64,000 bases of DNA from an uncultured Methanosarcinaceae archaeon (GTDB taxonomy: Archaea > Halobacteriota > Methanosarcinia > Methanosarcinales > Methanosarcinaceae), in assembly GCA_963721455.1 (NCBI GenBank), contig CAVRJG010000008.1:1-64000 (forward strand). Direction: 5' to 3'. Of the stretch, positions 31,400-41,800 are shown in pieces; position 1 is the stretch's first letter; the number at the start of each line of letters is the position of its first letter. The position numbers and the translations under genes were made by a program. Below the pieces are notes generated by a model. The model was not told the origin of the DNA, ran no database searches, and saw only the letters and a list, made by a program, of their open reading frames with translations.

Positions 31400-31831
31400 T
31401 CAGTAAAAGTAGTTTTGAAGTTTATAGGAGAGTGCTTTAAGCATTACAACGCTTACAATCATGGAGCCCGCAACTGCAGAAATTACCTGCTCCCACCCGA
31501 GAGCCGAAATTCCTCCTCCGAGCGCAAATTGTACGCCTCCTACGAGCGAGACAAACACGAAGGAAAAACCGAAACCTGCGAGAGCTCCTCCTACAAGGGA
31601 ACTGAAAGTATCCAATCCATGCCGTTCGTAAAAAACCATGCCTGCAATAAACGTCACCGCAAAGATCAAAAGTACGAGTGAGGAAGGCAATGGACTTGTT
31701 TTTGTGGAAAAAATACCAAAGAGCCCGAGCCCCATGTCAACCAGGAATATACCCATGAAAACTGCGACAGAAAGGTTTTTTACAAACGGGTTCTCAAAGA
31801 CCGACTGAGAATTGGGATTTTTGCTATTCAA
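31400..31831 (-). CDS. Small 4-TM membrane protein upstream of grpE (position of orf16 in the M. mazei hsp70 locus)
   Basis: 143 aa hydrophobic ORF; size and location match the described orf16. Confidence 0.7.
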   Translation of the reverse strand: MNSKNPNSQSVFENPFVKNLSVAVFMGIFLVDMGLGLFGIFSTKTSPLPSSLVLLIFAVTFIAGMVFYERHGLDTFSSLVGGALAGFGFSFVFVSLVGGVQFALGGGISALGWEQVISAVAGSMIVSVVMLKALSYKLQNYFY

Positions 31832-31960
31832 TAGTACCAGGCACCTGTATGTTTTGCAATGTTTAATTTTAAGGTATAAACTATATAATTTATATAAACT
31901 TTTACATACATACCCTACTTAGTTCTTAATCCTTCACTTTTTTTCAGCTTTCACATTAGA

Positions 31961-32020
31961 TATTTTCCTTTCTTTGGCTTTTTGATCTTATATTTTCCTT
32001 TCTCTGGCTTTTTGATCTTA
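31961..32020. repeat. 30-bp tandem duplication
   Basis: TATTTTCCTTTCT(T/C)TGGCTTTTTGATCTTA x2. Confidence 0.9.
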
Positions 32021-32070
32021 ATTCTTACAGGACAAAAAGTAATATATAAATGACCGGGTTTTCCTTTCCT

Positions 32071-33045
32071 ATGAAAATCCTGATTGCAGAATTCGCTGTC
32101 GGCACGGACACTGAAAAGTCCCTGATCCCCGAGGGAGCAGCTATGCTAAAAACCCTCGCCGAAAGCTTTGTCCATCTGGGGCATGAAGTGTATTACCCGT
32201 CGGCAAGCACGGGAATATGTGCAGGCATGTCCCTCAAATCCACAGCCGAAGACTTCAGGCAGGTAATCGAGCGAAAAGCACAGGAATGCGATGCTGGACT
32301 GGCTATTGCCCCTGACTGGATGCTTCCCGAACTCAACAGAATCCTTGAAGAAAATACTGTAAACCTGGGATGTTCACCTGAATCGGCAGCTTGCTGCGCG
32401 GATAAGCTACTCTGTACGGAAATCCTGAAAAAAGCCGGGATCAAGGTTCCCGAGATCGCGAAAAAAGCTGAAGAAGGCAAAAAGTACGTTATAAAACCCA
32501 GATTTGGCTGCGGAGCTGAGGCAACATACCTTGTCACGGAGTTCGAGAATAGCGAAGAATTCATTGCAAGCGAATATATTGAGGGAAAGCACCTGAGCGT
32601 GAGCCTCATCGCAGGAAAAAAGCCGCTTCCACTCACGGTAAACCGCCAGTTCATAGAGTTTGGCGAAAAAGAAGGTGAAACCGGAGAGAATGCAAAAACA
32701 TGGATTTTCGGAATAAAATACAACGGCAGCCTGACTCCTTACGAGACTCCTAGAAGAGATGAACTCTATGAGACTGCAATCTCCACAGTAAAATGCCTGA
32801 AGTGTTTTGGGTATGTGGGCATAGATATCGTACTTGCCGACGTTCCGTATGTGGTGGATGTAAACCCCAGGCCCACGGCCTCACTTTTTGGAATCAGCCG
32901 CGTTATGCGGGAGGAAATTGGAGACCTCCTTTTGAAAAACAAATTCGGAGAACTGCCTGACTCGGTACATATTGAGGGAGAATACCGCTTTTCAAAGGAT
33001 GCTCTTGGCGAGCTTCTCGGACAGGCTGAAAAGCCAGCGGAGTGA
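32071..33045 (+). CDS. mfnD: ATP-grasp enzyme, tyramine-L-glutamate ligase (methanofuran biosynthesis)
   Basis: EGAAMLKTL, DKLLC, IKPRFGCG, GYVGIDIV and VDVNPRPT; clustered with mfnF/mfnE-like genes. Confidence 0.8.
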   Translation: MKILIAEFAVGTDTEKSLIPEGAAMLKTLAESFVHLGHEVYYPSASTGICAGMSLKSTAEDFRQVIERKAQECDAGLAIAPDWMLPELNRILEENTVNLGCSPESAACCADKLLCTEILKKAGIKVPEIAKKAEEGKKYVIKPRFGCGAEATYLVTEFENSEEFIASEYIEGKHLSVSLIAGKKPLPLTVNRQFIEFGEKEGETGENAKTWIFGIKYNGSLTPYETPRRDELYETAISTVKCLKCFGYVGIDIVLADVPYVVDVNPRPTASLFGISRVMREEIGDLLLKNKFGELPDSVHIEGEYRFSKDALGELLGQAEKPAE

Positions 33046-33062
33046 AGAATATCAGGAAAGCC

Positions 33063-33105
33063 GGAAAAAATACTGGAAAAAATACTGGAAAAAATACTGG
33101 AAAAA
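33063..33105. repeat. 12-bp tandem repeat (GGAAAAAATACT) x3.5
   Basis: Directly visible between mfnD and mfnF. Confidence 0.9.
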
Positions 33106-33115
33106 GGGATCAAAA

Positions 33116-34090
33116 ATGGATTCGAAGGTTATCGGGCTTGATATTGGAGGAGCGAATACTAAACTTGCCTCCTCGGACGGAACGATTGTGGAACTGCACT
33201 ATTTGCCTCTCTGGAAAAATACCCGGCTTCCGGAGGTATTGAAGGAAATCGCACTGAGACTGCAGCCCGAAAAAGTTGCCGTTGTTATGACCGGCGAACT
33301 TGCGGACTGTTTTGAGGACAAGGAACAGGGCATCCTTTTTATAAAGGGAGCTGTTGATTCCGCCTTTGGCCCTTCAAAAACCTCGTACATAAACAGCAGG
33401 GGCAGGTTCCAGAGTGAAGCTGATAGTCTAAGGGAACTTGCTGCTGCTAACTGGGCGGCTTCAGCCAGGCTGGTAGGGGCAGAAATCGGAGACTGCATCT
33501 TTGTGGATGTGGGCAGTACCACAAGCGACATTATCCCTATTATTTCCGGGGAGCACAGGGCAGAGCTTACTGACTTTGAAAGATTGGTCAGGAGTGAACT
33601 TGTATATGCAGGCACACTCAGGACAAACCTTGCCGTACTTCTCGAAAAAGTAAAGCTTGAAAGGGGCTGGTGCAGGACAGCTTCAGAGCTTTTTGCAACA
33701 ACTGCAGATGCTTATCTCCTGCTTGGGAAAATCGATGAAAACATGTATACGTGTGAAACTGCCGACGGAGCAGGCAGAAGCAAAAAAGATGCTATGCGCA
33801 GGATTGCGAGATTGATCTGTGCGGACCTTTCCGAAATCAGAGAAGAAGAGGTATACGAAATAGCAGGCCAGGTAAAGGAAAAACAGGTCTCTGCCCTGGC
33901 TGAAGCGATTTCCGAGGTTGCGCAAAGAAACGGGCTGGAGAAAATCGCAGCAGCAGGATTGGGAGAATTTATGATAAAAGAAGCTGCAGAAAGGCTTGGT
34001 TTCGAATGCATCTCGGTTTCCGGGCACTGGGGAGAGGAAATTTCAAAGGTCTTCCCGGCATATGCTGCTGCCAGACTACTGGATGCCTGA
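33116..34090 (+). CDS. mfnF: Hydantoinase/oxoprolinase-family H4MPT-linked C1 protein (methanofuran biosynthesis MfnF)
   Basis: GLDIGGANTK, MTGELADCF, AAANW and VDVGSTTSDIIP. Confidence 0.82.
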   Translation: MDSKVIGLDIGGANTKLASSDGTIVELHYLPLWKNTRLPEVLKEIALRLQPEKVAVVMTGELADCFEDKEQGILFIKGAVDSAFGPSKTSYINSRGRFQSEADSLRELAAANWAASARLVGAEIGDCIFVDVGSTTSDIIPIISGEHRAELTDFERLVRSELVYAGTLRTNLAVLLEKVKLERGWCRTASELFATTADAYLLLGKIDENMYTCETADGAGRSKKDAMRRIARLICADLSEIREEEVYEIAGQVKEKQVSALAEAISEVAQRNGLEKIAAAGLGEFMIKEAAERLGFECISVSGHWGEEISKVFPAYAAARLLDA

Positions 34091-34178
34091 ATTTCCGGGC
34101 TTCGACGCAGCTAAATAGAAAGTGAAAGCACACGTAAATGAAAACTCTAAAAGGAAGAAAAACTCTGAAAGGAAGATT

Positions 34179-34847
34179 ATGAGAGTGGTAGTCAAAATAG
34201 GGGGAAGCCTCATCAAGGAAGCTCCCGATCTTGTGGACAGGCTGGTAAAAGAATTTGGCTCAGGATGCCCGACGGCTGCAGATAGAGAGCATACATCCGG
34301 AAGACTGCCCTTTTCCATCCTCATTGTACCCGGAGGAGGATTTTTCGCTGATGCCGTAAGGGAAGCTGACGAGAGGTTTTCTCTCGGTGCCGACGCAGCC
34401 CACTGGATGGCCATACTTGGTATGGAACAGTATGCCTGCTACCTCCAGGATAAAAGCAGCGCAAGAGCTACAGACTCGATAACGGACCTGCATCAGGGAA
34501 CTTTTGTCCTGTTTCCCTACAGGCTCCTGAAAAACGAAGACCCTCTACCTCATACCTGGGATGTGACCTCTGACACTATTGCGGCCTGGGTTGCAAAGCA
34601 GATCGGGGCAGTGTTTATAAAGGCTACGGATGTGGATGGAATATTCAGGGAAGAAAAATTAATCAGGGAAATCTCGGCTGCCAGTTGTGCAGGAAGCTGC
34701 GCAAGCTGCATCGACCCTACCCTGCCGGAATTTCTCCTGAAAAACGGAATGGAATGCTTAATTGTAAACGGAAAATGTCCGGACAGAGTTGTTCAGGCAG
34801 TGTATGGAAAGCCTGTACCTGGTACTGTAGTAAAGGGGAATATTTAA
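34179..34847 (+). CDS. mfnE: Amino-acid-kinase family protein, MfnE-like
   Basis: VKIGGSL, PGGGFFADAVR, AHWMAI, WDVTSDTIA and TDVDG. Confidence 0.78.
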   Translation: MRVVVKIGGSLIKEAPDLVDRLVKEFGSGCPTAADREHTSGRLPFSILIVPGGGFFADAVREADERFSLGADAAHWMAILGMEQYACYLQDKSSARATDSITDLHQGTFVLFPYRLLKNEDPLPHTWDVTSDTIAAWVAKQIGAVFIKATDVDGIFREEKLIREISAASCAGSCASCIDPTLPEFLLKNGMECLIVNGKCPDRVVQAVYGKPVPGTVVKGNI

Positions 34848-35023
34848 ATCGTATATCGTATATGACTAGGGGAGAAGCAAAGCGTACCCAAGAAGCATTA
34901 TTTAAATTCAGTTCATTAAATCTGCTAATCTTAATAAAGGTGCCAGTAAAAGCAGAAAACCGATGCTTAAGGAAGGCGCCTGATTCACCGGCAACTCTTT
35001 ACAATCTACTATACGCGAAATAA

Positions 35024-35212
<189 letters not shown>

Positions 35213-35307
35213 ATTAAGGCAAAGTCCCGCATCACATGAAACACGTACAGAGAAAACAAAAACTAAACTTGATCAACAGGATTGGATAAAGGAGAAGAGG
35301 AATTAGA

Positions 35308-35577
35308 ATGGGCGAAGTTGCAGCAAAAATGAAAATTATGCCTGAAGGTGTTGACACTGACCTTGTAGAACTGAAAGAGAAACTCAAAGGCGCAATCCCG
35401 GCAGGAGCCGACCTTCACGGGGACATTATCGAAGAACCTATCGCTTTCGGATTAAAGGCCCTTATTGTCACTTTAATCGTTAACGACGAGGAAGGCGGAA
35501 CCGAAGCCGTAGAAGAAGCCTTCGCAAAAGTTCCGGGCGTCGAAAACATCAAGATCCTGGAACTCTACCGCATTTAA
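35308..35577 (+). CDS. ef1b: Translation elongation factor 1-beta
   Basis: KIMPEG, EEPIAFGLKAL and EGGTE. Confidence 0.95.
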   Translation: MGEVAAKMKIMPEGVDTDLVELKEKLKGAIPAGADLHGDIIEEPIAFGLKALIVTLIVNDEEGGTEAVEEAFAKVPGVENIKILELYRI

Positions 35578-35644
35578 GAAGGAGAAGAGGACCGGACAAT
35601 GCGTCCGGAAAACTCATCTTTCCATCATTCTCTCTTCTTTAAAA

Positions 35645-35716
35645 GGGCTCGTAGATCAGGGGTAGATCGTTACGTTCGCAACGTAAAGGCCGCGGGTTCA
35701 AATCCCGCCGAGTCCA
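35645..35716 (+). tRNA. tRNA-Ala (anticodon CGC)
   Basis: Acceptor GGGCTCG/CGAGTCC-A with G3:U70; anticodon arm TTACG-TTCGCAA-CGTAA; GGTTCAAATCC T-arm; no encoded CCA. Confidence 0.95.
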
Positions 35717-35870
35717 CTTTAATACTACTATTTTTCAAATTTCTTGTTATACTTATCAGCACTTTGTAAAGCAGGTCGTAACCAGAAGCTTTCTTTTCCC
35801 TTTCAGAATAATCTTTTCTCTTAATGGCAGAACATATTTAAAGAAAAAAATGGACAAGATGTAACCCCAT

Positions 35871-36079
35871 ATGGCAGAGCCGGACGAGAAAGGGATAGAC
35901 CTGAACCCCCACGACCCCAGGCGACGGTTTATTGTGCAGTATCCAAAGGCGCGACGTTCAGCCAGGCGGCCCCCTTGACCGAGGAGGAGAAGGCAGAGGC
36001 GGACGCCATGTGGGAGGAAATGACCGACGGGAACTACAGCCCGGAAAAGAAGGAATACAAAAGTGAAGACAAAAAGTAA
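35871..36079 (+). pseudogene. Possible frameshifted small acidic protein downstream of the tRNA
   Basis: Locally GC-richer; MAEPDEKGIDLNPHDP / QATVYCAVSKGATFSQAAPLTEEEKAEADAMWEEM...KK* with one shift at a C-run. Confidence 0.35.
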
Positions 36080-36902
36080 AACAGACTTAATTTTTTTAAT
36101 ATTAAAGCTCAAAAGCTTTACCTAAATATTCATACTCTTCAATTTCCGGAATATTTTTCTTAATATCAGAATATTTAATGTAGGATTCTTTTAAATTTAG
36201 TAACAATCATCAATTTCATAAATTTCCTTGAAAACGTCATTAAAGTGAACCTGATTTTCAGGTCTTTTTCTGCCTTTTCGATGTCGGGCAAAAAGTGTCT
36301 TCTGATATTGGAAAAAATATATATATATCCTATATTCGGCAGGTCGACATTAAAGTAGGAGGATTTTTACTGATAGTGTTTTTCAAACATAATATAAATA
36401 TGTGACGTGTTTGAAACTGGTTAACATATAACCAAAATCTCACGACATATATAAACAATGAACCATTTTTGCAATAATGTTTTGTATAAGGGATAATGTG
36501 TTTCCCAGCAAAAACGTTATCAGTAAAAATGTTACGAAAAAAACAAGTTACCTGCCGAAAGCAGGATATATCTATGCGTTTTTTTCTATGTGTTTTTGCT
36601 TTTCATCGGGCGGTTACAGACCAAAAGCCCTGTATTCCTATAGTCACAGGAATGATCGAGTTTAGAGAAGCATCAGTGTAAAAAGATCGAGAAATTTTTA
36701 AGAGTCGATTGACTACTCCCACATGCCACGCTATCTCTGCACGGCGTCGTAATCTGAAAACGTAGCTTTTTTGACTTCACGTATGGGGCAATCACATGAA
36801 AATATATATCATCAACACATTGTATATTTTATGAAAGTAGAAGGGCAGCTATACTAGAAAAGTAAAAACTAAAAATTCAAATATCTAAAAAGAAGGTAAA
36901 GA

Positions 36903-37334
36903 ATGAGAGCAACTACAGAAGAAAAAGAGCTAATGTTACTTGATGCTATGGAGTTTCTGAGAAATTGGAACCAAGAAAATGAAACTGTGCTGAATCTTAA
37001 ATATGTGTATAGAAGAGCTGAAAAGCTCGCAGTCGACTTAAATAATATGAAAATGTTGGATGAAGTTGTAGAATATACACGTTTTTATCAACCCTCCCCC
37101 GATCACCACGACCCAGACACTTTTAGCAATCAAGGTAACGATATTGCGGAATTACTTGATTGTGATAACAGGATCATTGCTCTGGATTACAAAGGGTATT
37201 GCCTACTTTTATATGATATTGATGAATGGGGGAACTCATCTGGCGAAATGTATGTAATCAGGTCCGCAGCGAAAGTTTATGAAGTTTTGAGAGAAAAATC
37301 GTGCCAGGATCACACGATGAATAAAGACGATTGA
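36903..37334 (+). CDS. Hypothetical protein (143 aa)
   Basis: AT-rich ORF with a GAAGGT RBS; no motif recognised. Confidence 0.65.
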   Translation: MRATTEEKELMLLDAMEFLRNWNQENETVLNLKYVYRRAEKLAVDLNNMKMLDEVVEYTRFYQPSPDHHDPDTFSNQGNDIAELLDCDNRIIALDYKGYCLLLYDIDEWGNSSGEMYVIRSAAKVYEVLREKSCQDHTMNKDD

Positions 37335-37615
37335 TTATCCCTAAAGGTAGAATACAGTCATGGGTTCTTTTTTTATTTGTTTATACAGGGAGCAAGAGCT
37401 GTAGCTTGTGAAGCTTTGAAAAGTGTTAAGCTCAGACCCCTGTCAGAATCTAAAAAAGAATAAAGATCGTTCCATTGGTCATCGGTTAACGACTTTTATG
37501 CACAACTTCGAATACCACGTATAGCGATTTTCCAACATAATTCTTAGATATATTACATAAAAAATAATACTTTTTGGCGTTTTGCACCTTAACCGAATCC
37601 ACATGAAGATCGTTC

Positions 37616-38197
37616 TTAGTGCCTGTATTTGAACTCAAAACCAAATTGATTCAAGGAAAATAATGCCATCATTATAAAAAAGCAGATGAAAGAGACGGAT
37701 AGAAAAGATATTATTAGATAATTAAAAAATCCAGTTTCCTGAAAACCTATGTTCATAAATGGGAATATGTTGATCCTTCCATTATATACTGGATAAAAGT
37801 AAGTAATAGTGGCACCACAAGCATCATCCAGTAACAGATGAGAAAAGAAAGCAGCTTCGCCAAAAAGACCCAGATATATTGCCTTACCAACCTTTCTATA
37901 TGCAATATATCCTGAAAGCGTTCCGAACAGGATTGCAGAAGAACTGAATAGAAGTGAATGGGTTGGGACAGAGCCAATCAAGCAGTAGTCCCCCGTAATA
38001 CCGTTTACGAGCAAATTATAAACGACCTTGATGTCTGGGAACAGCGCACATAAGCTACCTACAAATAATAGCAACAGTAAACTCATCGAATCCCCAAAAG
38101 AGAATTCCCTGCGAAAAAATGATCTGACAGAAGCATACACAGCTACTGCGCAGATACAGAATACAAAGAACAAAATATGTACAACTGGATAGGGCAT
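37616..38197 (-). CDS. Membrane-bound metal-dependent hydrolase (YdjM-like)
   Basis: N-terminal H, ALFPD, THSLLF and SHLLLD motifs with TM segments. Confidence 0.8.
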   Translation of the reverse strand: MPYPVVHILFFVFCICAVAVYASVRSFFRREFSFGDSMSLLLLLFVGSLCALFPDIKVVYNLLVNGITGDYCLIGSVPTHSLLFSSSAILFGTLSGYIAYRKVGKAIYLGLFGEAAFFSHLLLDDACGATITYFYPVYNGRINIFPFMNIGFQETGFFNYLIISFLSVSFICFFIMMALFSLNQFGFEFKYRH

Positions 38198-38887
38198 AAT
38201 AAGTTACTCTTATAAAAATATTTCCTAGTTTTGGCAGGCAACTTGTTTTTTCGAATGTTTACTGATTGTGTTTTGTCACCTGTATAATATACGATGCTTA
38301 ATTAAAAGTAATAATATCTATAAAACTGCTAGAGAAAATGTATTCAGAAATTATTGTCACAATTGCATATAATCTATATTCAATAGGCAGACCTTAAAAT
38401 ATGAGTATCGGTACTGATTGTGTTTTTGAAGCTATACGTCATAATCTCAAATGTTGAATGGAGTTTGCATATATCCCCAAAATTTAATGATAAGATGGGA
38501 ACACCCCTTCCTCGACATAAACAGGCAGCTTCCTGTATCCGGAAAAGCCGAAATAATTGGCAAATCACTTTTCAGTTATCCAGAAAGCCTATTTTCCGAG
38601 ATCAGTCACTTTTAAACTATCTGATTTGAAATAAATCAGGCACAACTTTGTAAAATCCGGAACCACATCATATACTATTTAAACAGTGGATGCATATGGG
38701 CCAATATATTTTTTAAGCGAGATAATCCCGGAAACGTCGGACTAAAGGACAGACAGCGGAAAAGTGGAAAATCCGCAACAGAGATTTTTAACCTGGATTT
38801 TAAACAATACTGATGTATATTCCTGTACACCCGGCAAATACATAAATTAAGAAAAATGGGGGACTGGAAGTCATTAAAAGTAGTGAT

Positions 38888-41800
38888 TTGCTCGAGAGAG
38901 GAGAAGAGATCGGGGAAAAAGGTAAAGAAAAAATGACGGCTGAACTTTCTCCTGGGAACCCTAACCCTTTCCTGAAGGTGGGAAAGGAGGGGACGGTCCT
39001 CTGTGCGAACAAGGCAGCTGATTCTCTTCTCGAATACTGGGGTATAAAAGAAGGAGAAAAGGTTCCTCAGGCATTAAGGCATAGTATAAAAAGAGTCATC
39101 TCACAGGCGGAACCGAAAAATTTTGAAATTCAGGCAGGGGAAACAACATATGCTGCAGTGCTCCATCCTTTTCCGGACGGAGATTATTTAAATCTTCAAA
39201 GGGTTGACATAAGTTTCAGAGCCCTTGCGGAAGAAAAACTCCGTAAAAGGGAAAGACAATACCTTTCCCTGAGCAACCTTGGCAGAATATCTATAACATG
39301 TAAAGACTTTCAGGCAATCCTGGAAGAAAGCGCCCTGCTTATCGCTCAGGGTCTTGACACGGATTTTTCCAGTATTCTGGAACTCATGCCTGATGGAAAT
39401 TTTATCATGAGGACAGGGTATGGCTGGGAAGATGACTCCACAGGCAATACTATCATAAAAGGAAAAGAGAAGTCTCAGGCAGGATATACTCTCTTTTCAA
39501 GAAAACCAGTTGTCTTGAAAGATATTGAGACCGAAAACCGTTTCGAATTTATTGAATTTCTCAGGCACCACGGGGTAATTAGCGGAGTCACGGTCCTTAT
39601 AGGGGATATGAATAAGCTTTTCGGGGTAATTGAAGTTTACAGTAGAGAAAAGAGAGAATTTACTGTGGATGATATAGATTTCCTGGATTCTGCCGCTTTT
39701 TTGTTGTCTGGGACCATAGAACGTCTACAGGCGGAGGAAAAACTCCGGGTTCATCAGCAGGAACTGGAAAAACTCGTTGAAAGAAGAACCCTGGAATATA
39801 CCGAAGCAAATGAGAACCTTACACAGGAAGTAGCTGAAAGAAAAAAAATTGAAAAAACTCTCCGGAATAACCTGACGTTTCTTGAAACTCTCCTGAACAC
39901 GATACCTGCACCTGTATTCTATAAAGACAACGAAGGCAGGTACCTGGGCTGTAATGACATCTTAGCCAAACAGGTTCTGGGACGGGAAAAAGAAGAGATT
40001 ATAGGAAAAATATTTCCTGAAGTATACACGGATCCTCCAGCTGAACTTTCTTTTGGAATCCATGAAAATGATCTGGAGTTACTTCAGAAAGGAGGAAGCG
40101 ACAATTCTGAGAACGAAATAATGTGTGCCGATGGGATAAAAAGGGATTTTCTGGCAAGCAGGGCAACTTTTCCCGACGAGGACGGAAAAAAAAGAAACAT
40201 GGTTGCTGTACTGCTTGATGTAACTGAACTCAGGAAAATTGAAAATAAGCTTCAGAATAACGTGCAGTTTCTGGAAACGCTGCTTGATAGTATTCCAAGC
40301 CCTGTATTCCAGCGGGATTTGAATGAAATCTATGTAAACTGCAATGAGAGTTTTGCCAGGCAAATCATGGGGCTTCCCAAAGATGTGGTCATAGGGGGCT
40401 CTTTCTCAGAATTTCAGAAGAGAGTTCCAAAAGAGCTTGCAGAAATATATTACAAGCATGACAGGAAACTCATTGAGAAAGGGGGGAGTAATTATTACGA
40501 AACAAAGGTGGTTTGTGCCGACGGCGTGCAAAGAGATTACCTTTTCCACAAAGCCACTTATAAAAACAGTTTAGGGAAAGTAGCTGGGGTTGTTGGTGTG
40601 ATGCTGGATATCACGCAGCGTAAAGCAGCCGAAAAGACTTTTAGAAAAAGCGAGGAAAAGTACAGGATCGCTGCCGAGCAGACAGGGCAACTTGTGTACG
40701 ATTATGATATTGAATCCGAACGGATTGACTGGGCAGGAGCCATTTCGCAGATTACAGGATATAGTCCTGAAGAGTTCAAGAAGGTGGACCTGGAAGGCTG
40801 GATAGCACATATTCATAAAGAAGATCAGAAAAGAGCATGGGAAGCCCATGAGAGGTGTATGAAAACCGGGGGAAAATACCTTGAAGAGTACAGGTTCAGA
40901 AAAAAGGACGGGAGTTATTTCCATGCGGAAGACAGCTGCATCTACCTTTTAGATGAAAAAGGTCGGGTGCACAGGATTGTCGGAGTAATAAAAGATATAA
41001 CTGAAAGAAAACTTGCCCGGGAAATTCTGGAAAGAAGTGAGGAAAGGTATAGGGCGGTTGCAGTACAGACAGGGCAGCTAATCTATGATTACGATGTGAA
41101 AAATAACCACAGTTCCTGGGCAGGAGCAATTGAGGAGCTCACAGGATATAGCTTTGAAGAGTTCCAGGGCTTTACCCCTGATATCTGGGCTGACCATGTC
41201 CATCCTGAAGACCGGGAAAAAGCTGCAGAAGCCCATGAAAACTGCATGAGAAGTGGGAAGAAGTATCTTGAAGAATACAGATTCAGGAGAAAGGATGGAA
41301 GCTATTTTTATGTGGAAGACAGCGGCGTCTACCTGAAAAATGAAAGCTGTGGCATATACAGGGTGCTTGGGGTAATGAAAGACGTCACTGAGAGAAAAAG
41401 GGCAACTGAAAGAATTCGGAGAAGTGAAGAAAAGTACCGGATCGCTGCCGAACAGACAGGGCAGATCGTGTACGACTATGATATAAAAACAGAAAAAGTA
41501 GACTGGGCTGGAGCCATTGCAGAACTTACCGGCTACAGCTTTGAGGAGTTCCAGAAAGTCAGTCCTGAAATCTGGACAGAGCACATTCACCCCGATGACC
41601 GCGAAAAAGTGATCGAAAATGTAAGTATTTTCTTTGAGAAAGGGGAGAGGTTAAGGGAAGAATTCAGGTTCAGGAGAAAGGATGGAAGTTATATTTACGT
41701 AGAGGACAGGGGAGTCCTGCTCAGGGATGAGAAAGGGAGCGCATACAGACTGCTTGGGGTAATGAAAGATATTACAGAGATGAAACTGGCTTCTGAAAAA

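Noticed and set aside
32972-33242. N-terminal extension of MfnF (KKYW repeats) and ORF 33042-33242
   Set aside because: Translation artifacts of the intergenic 12-bp repeat; the real start is ATG 33116.
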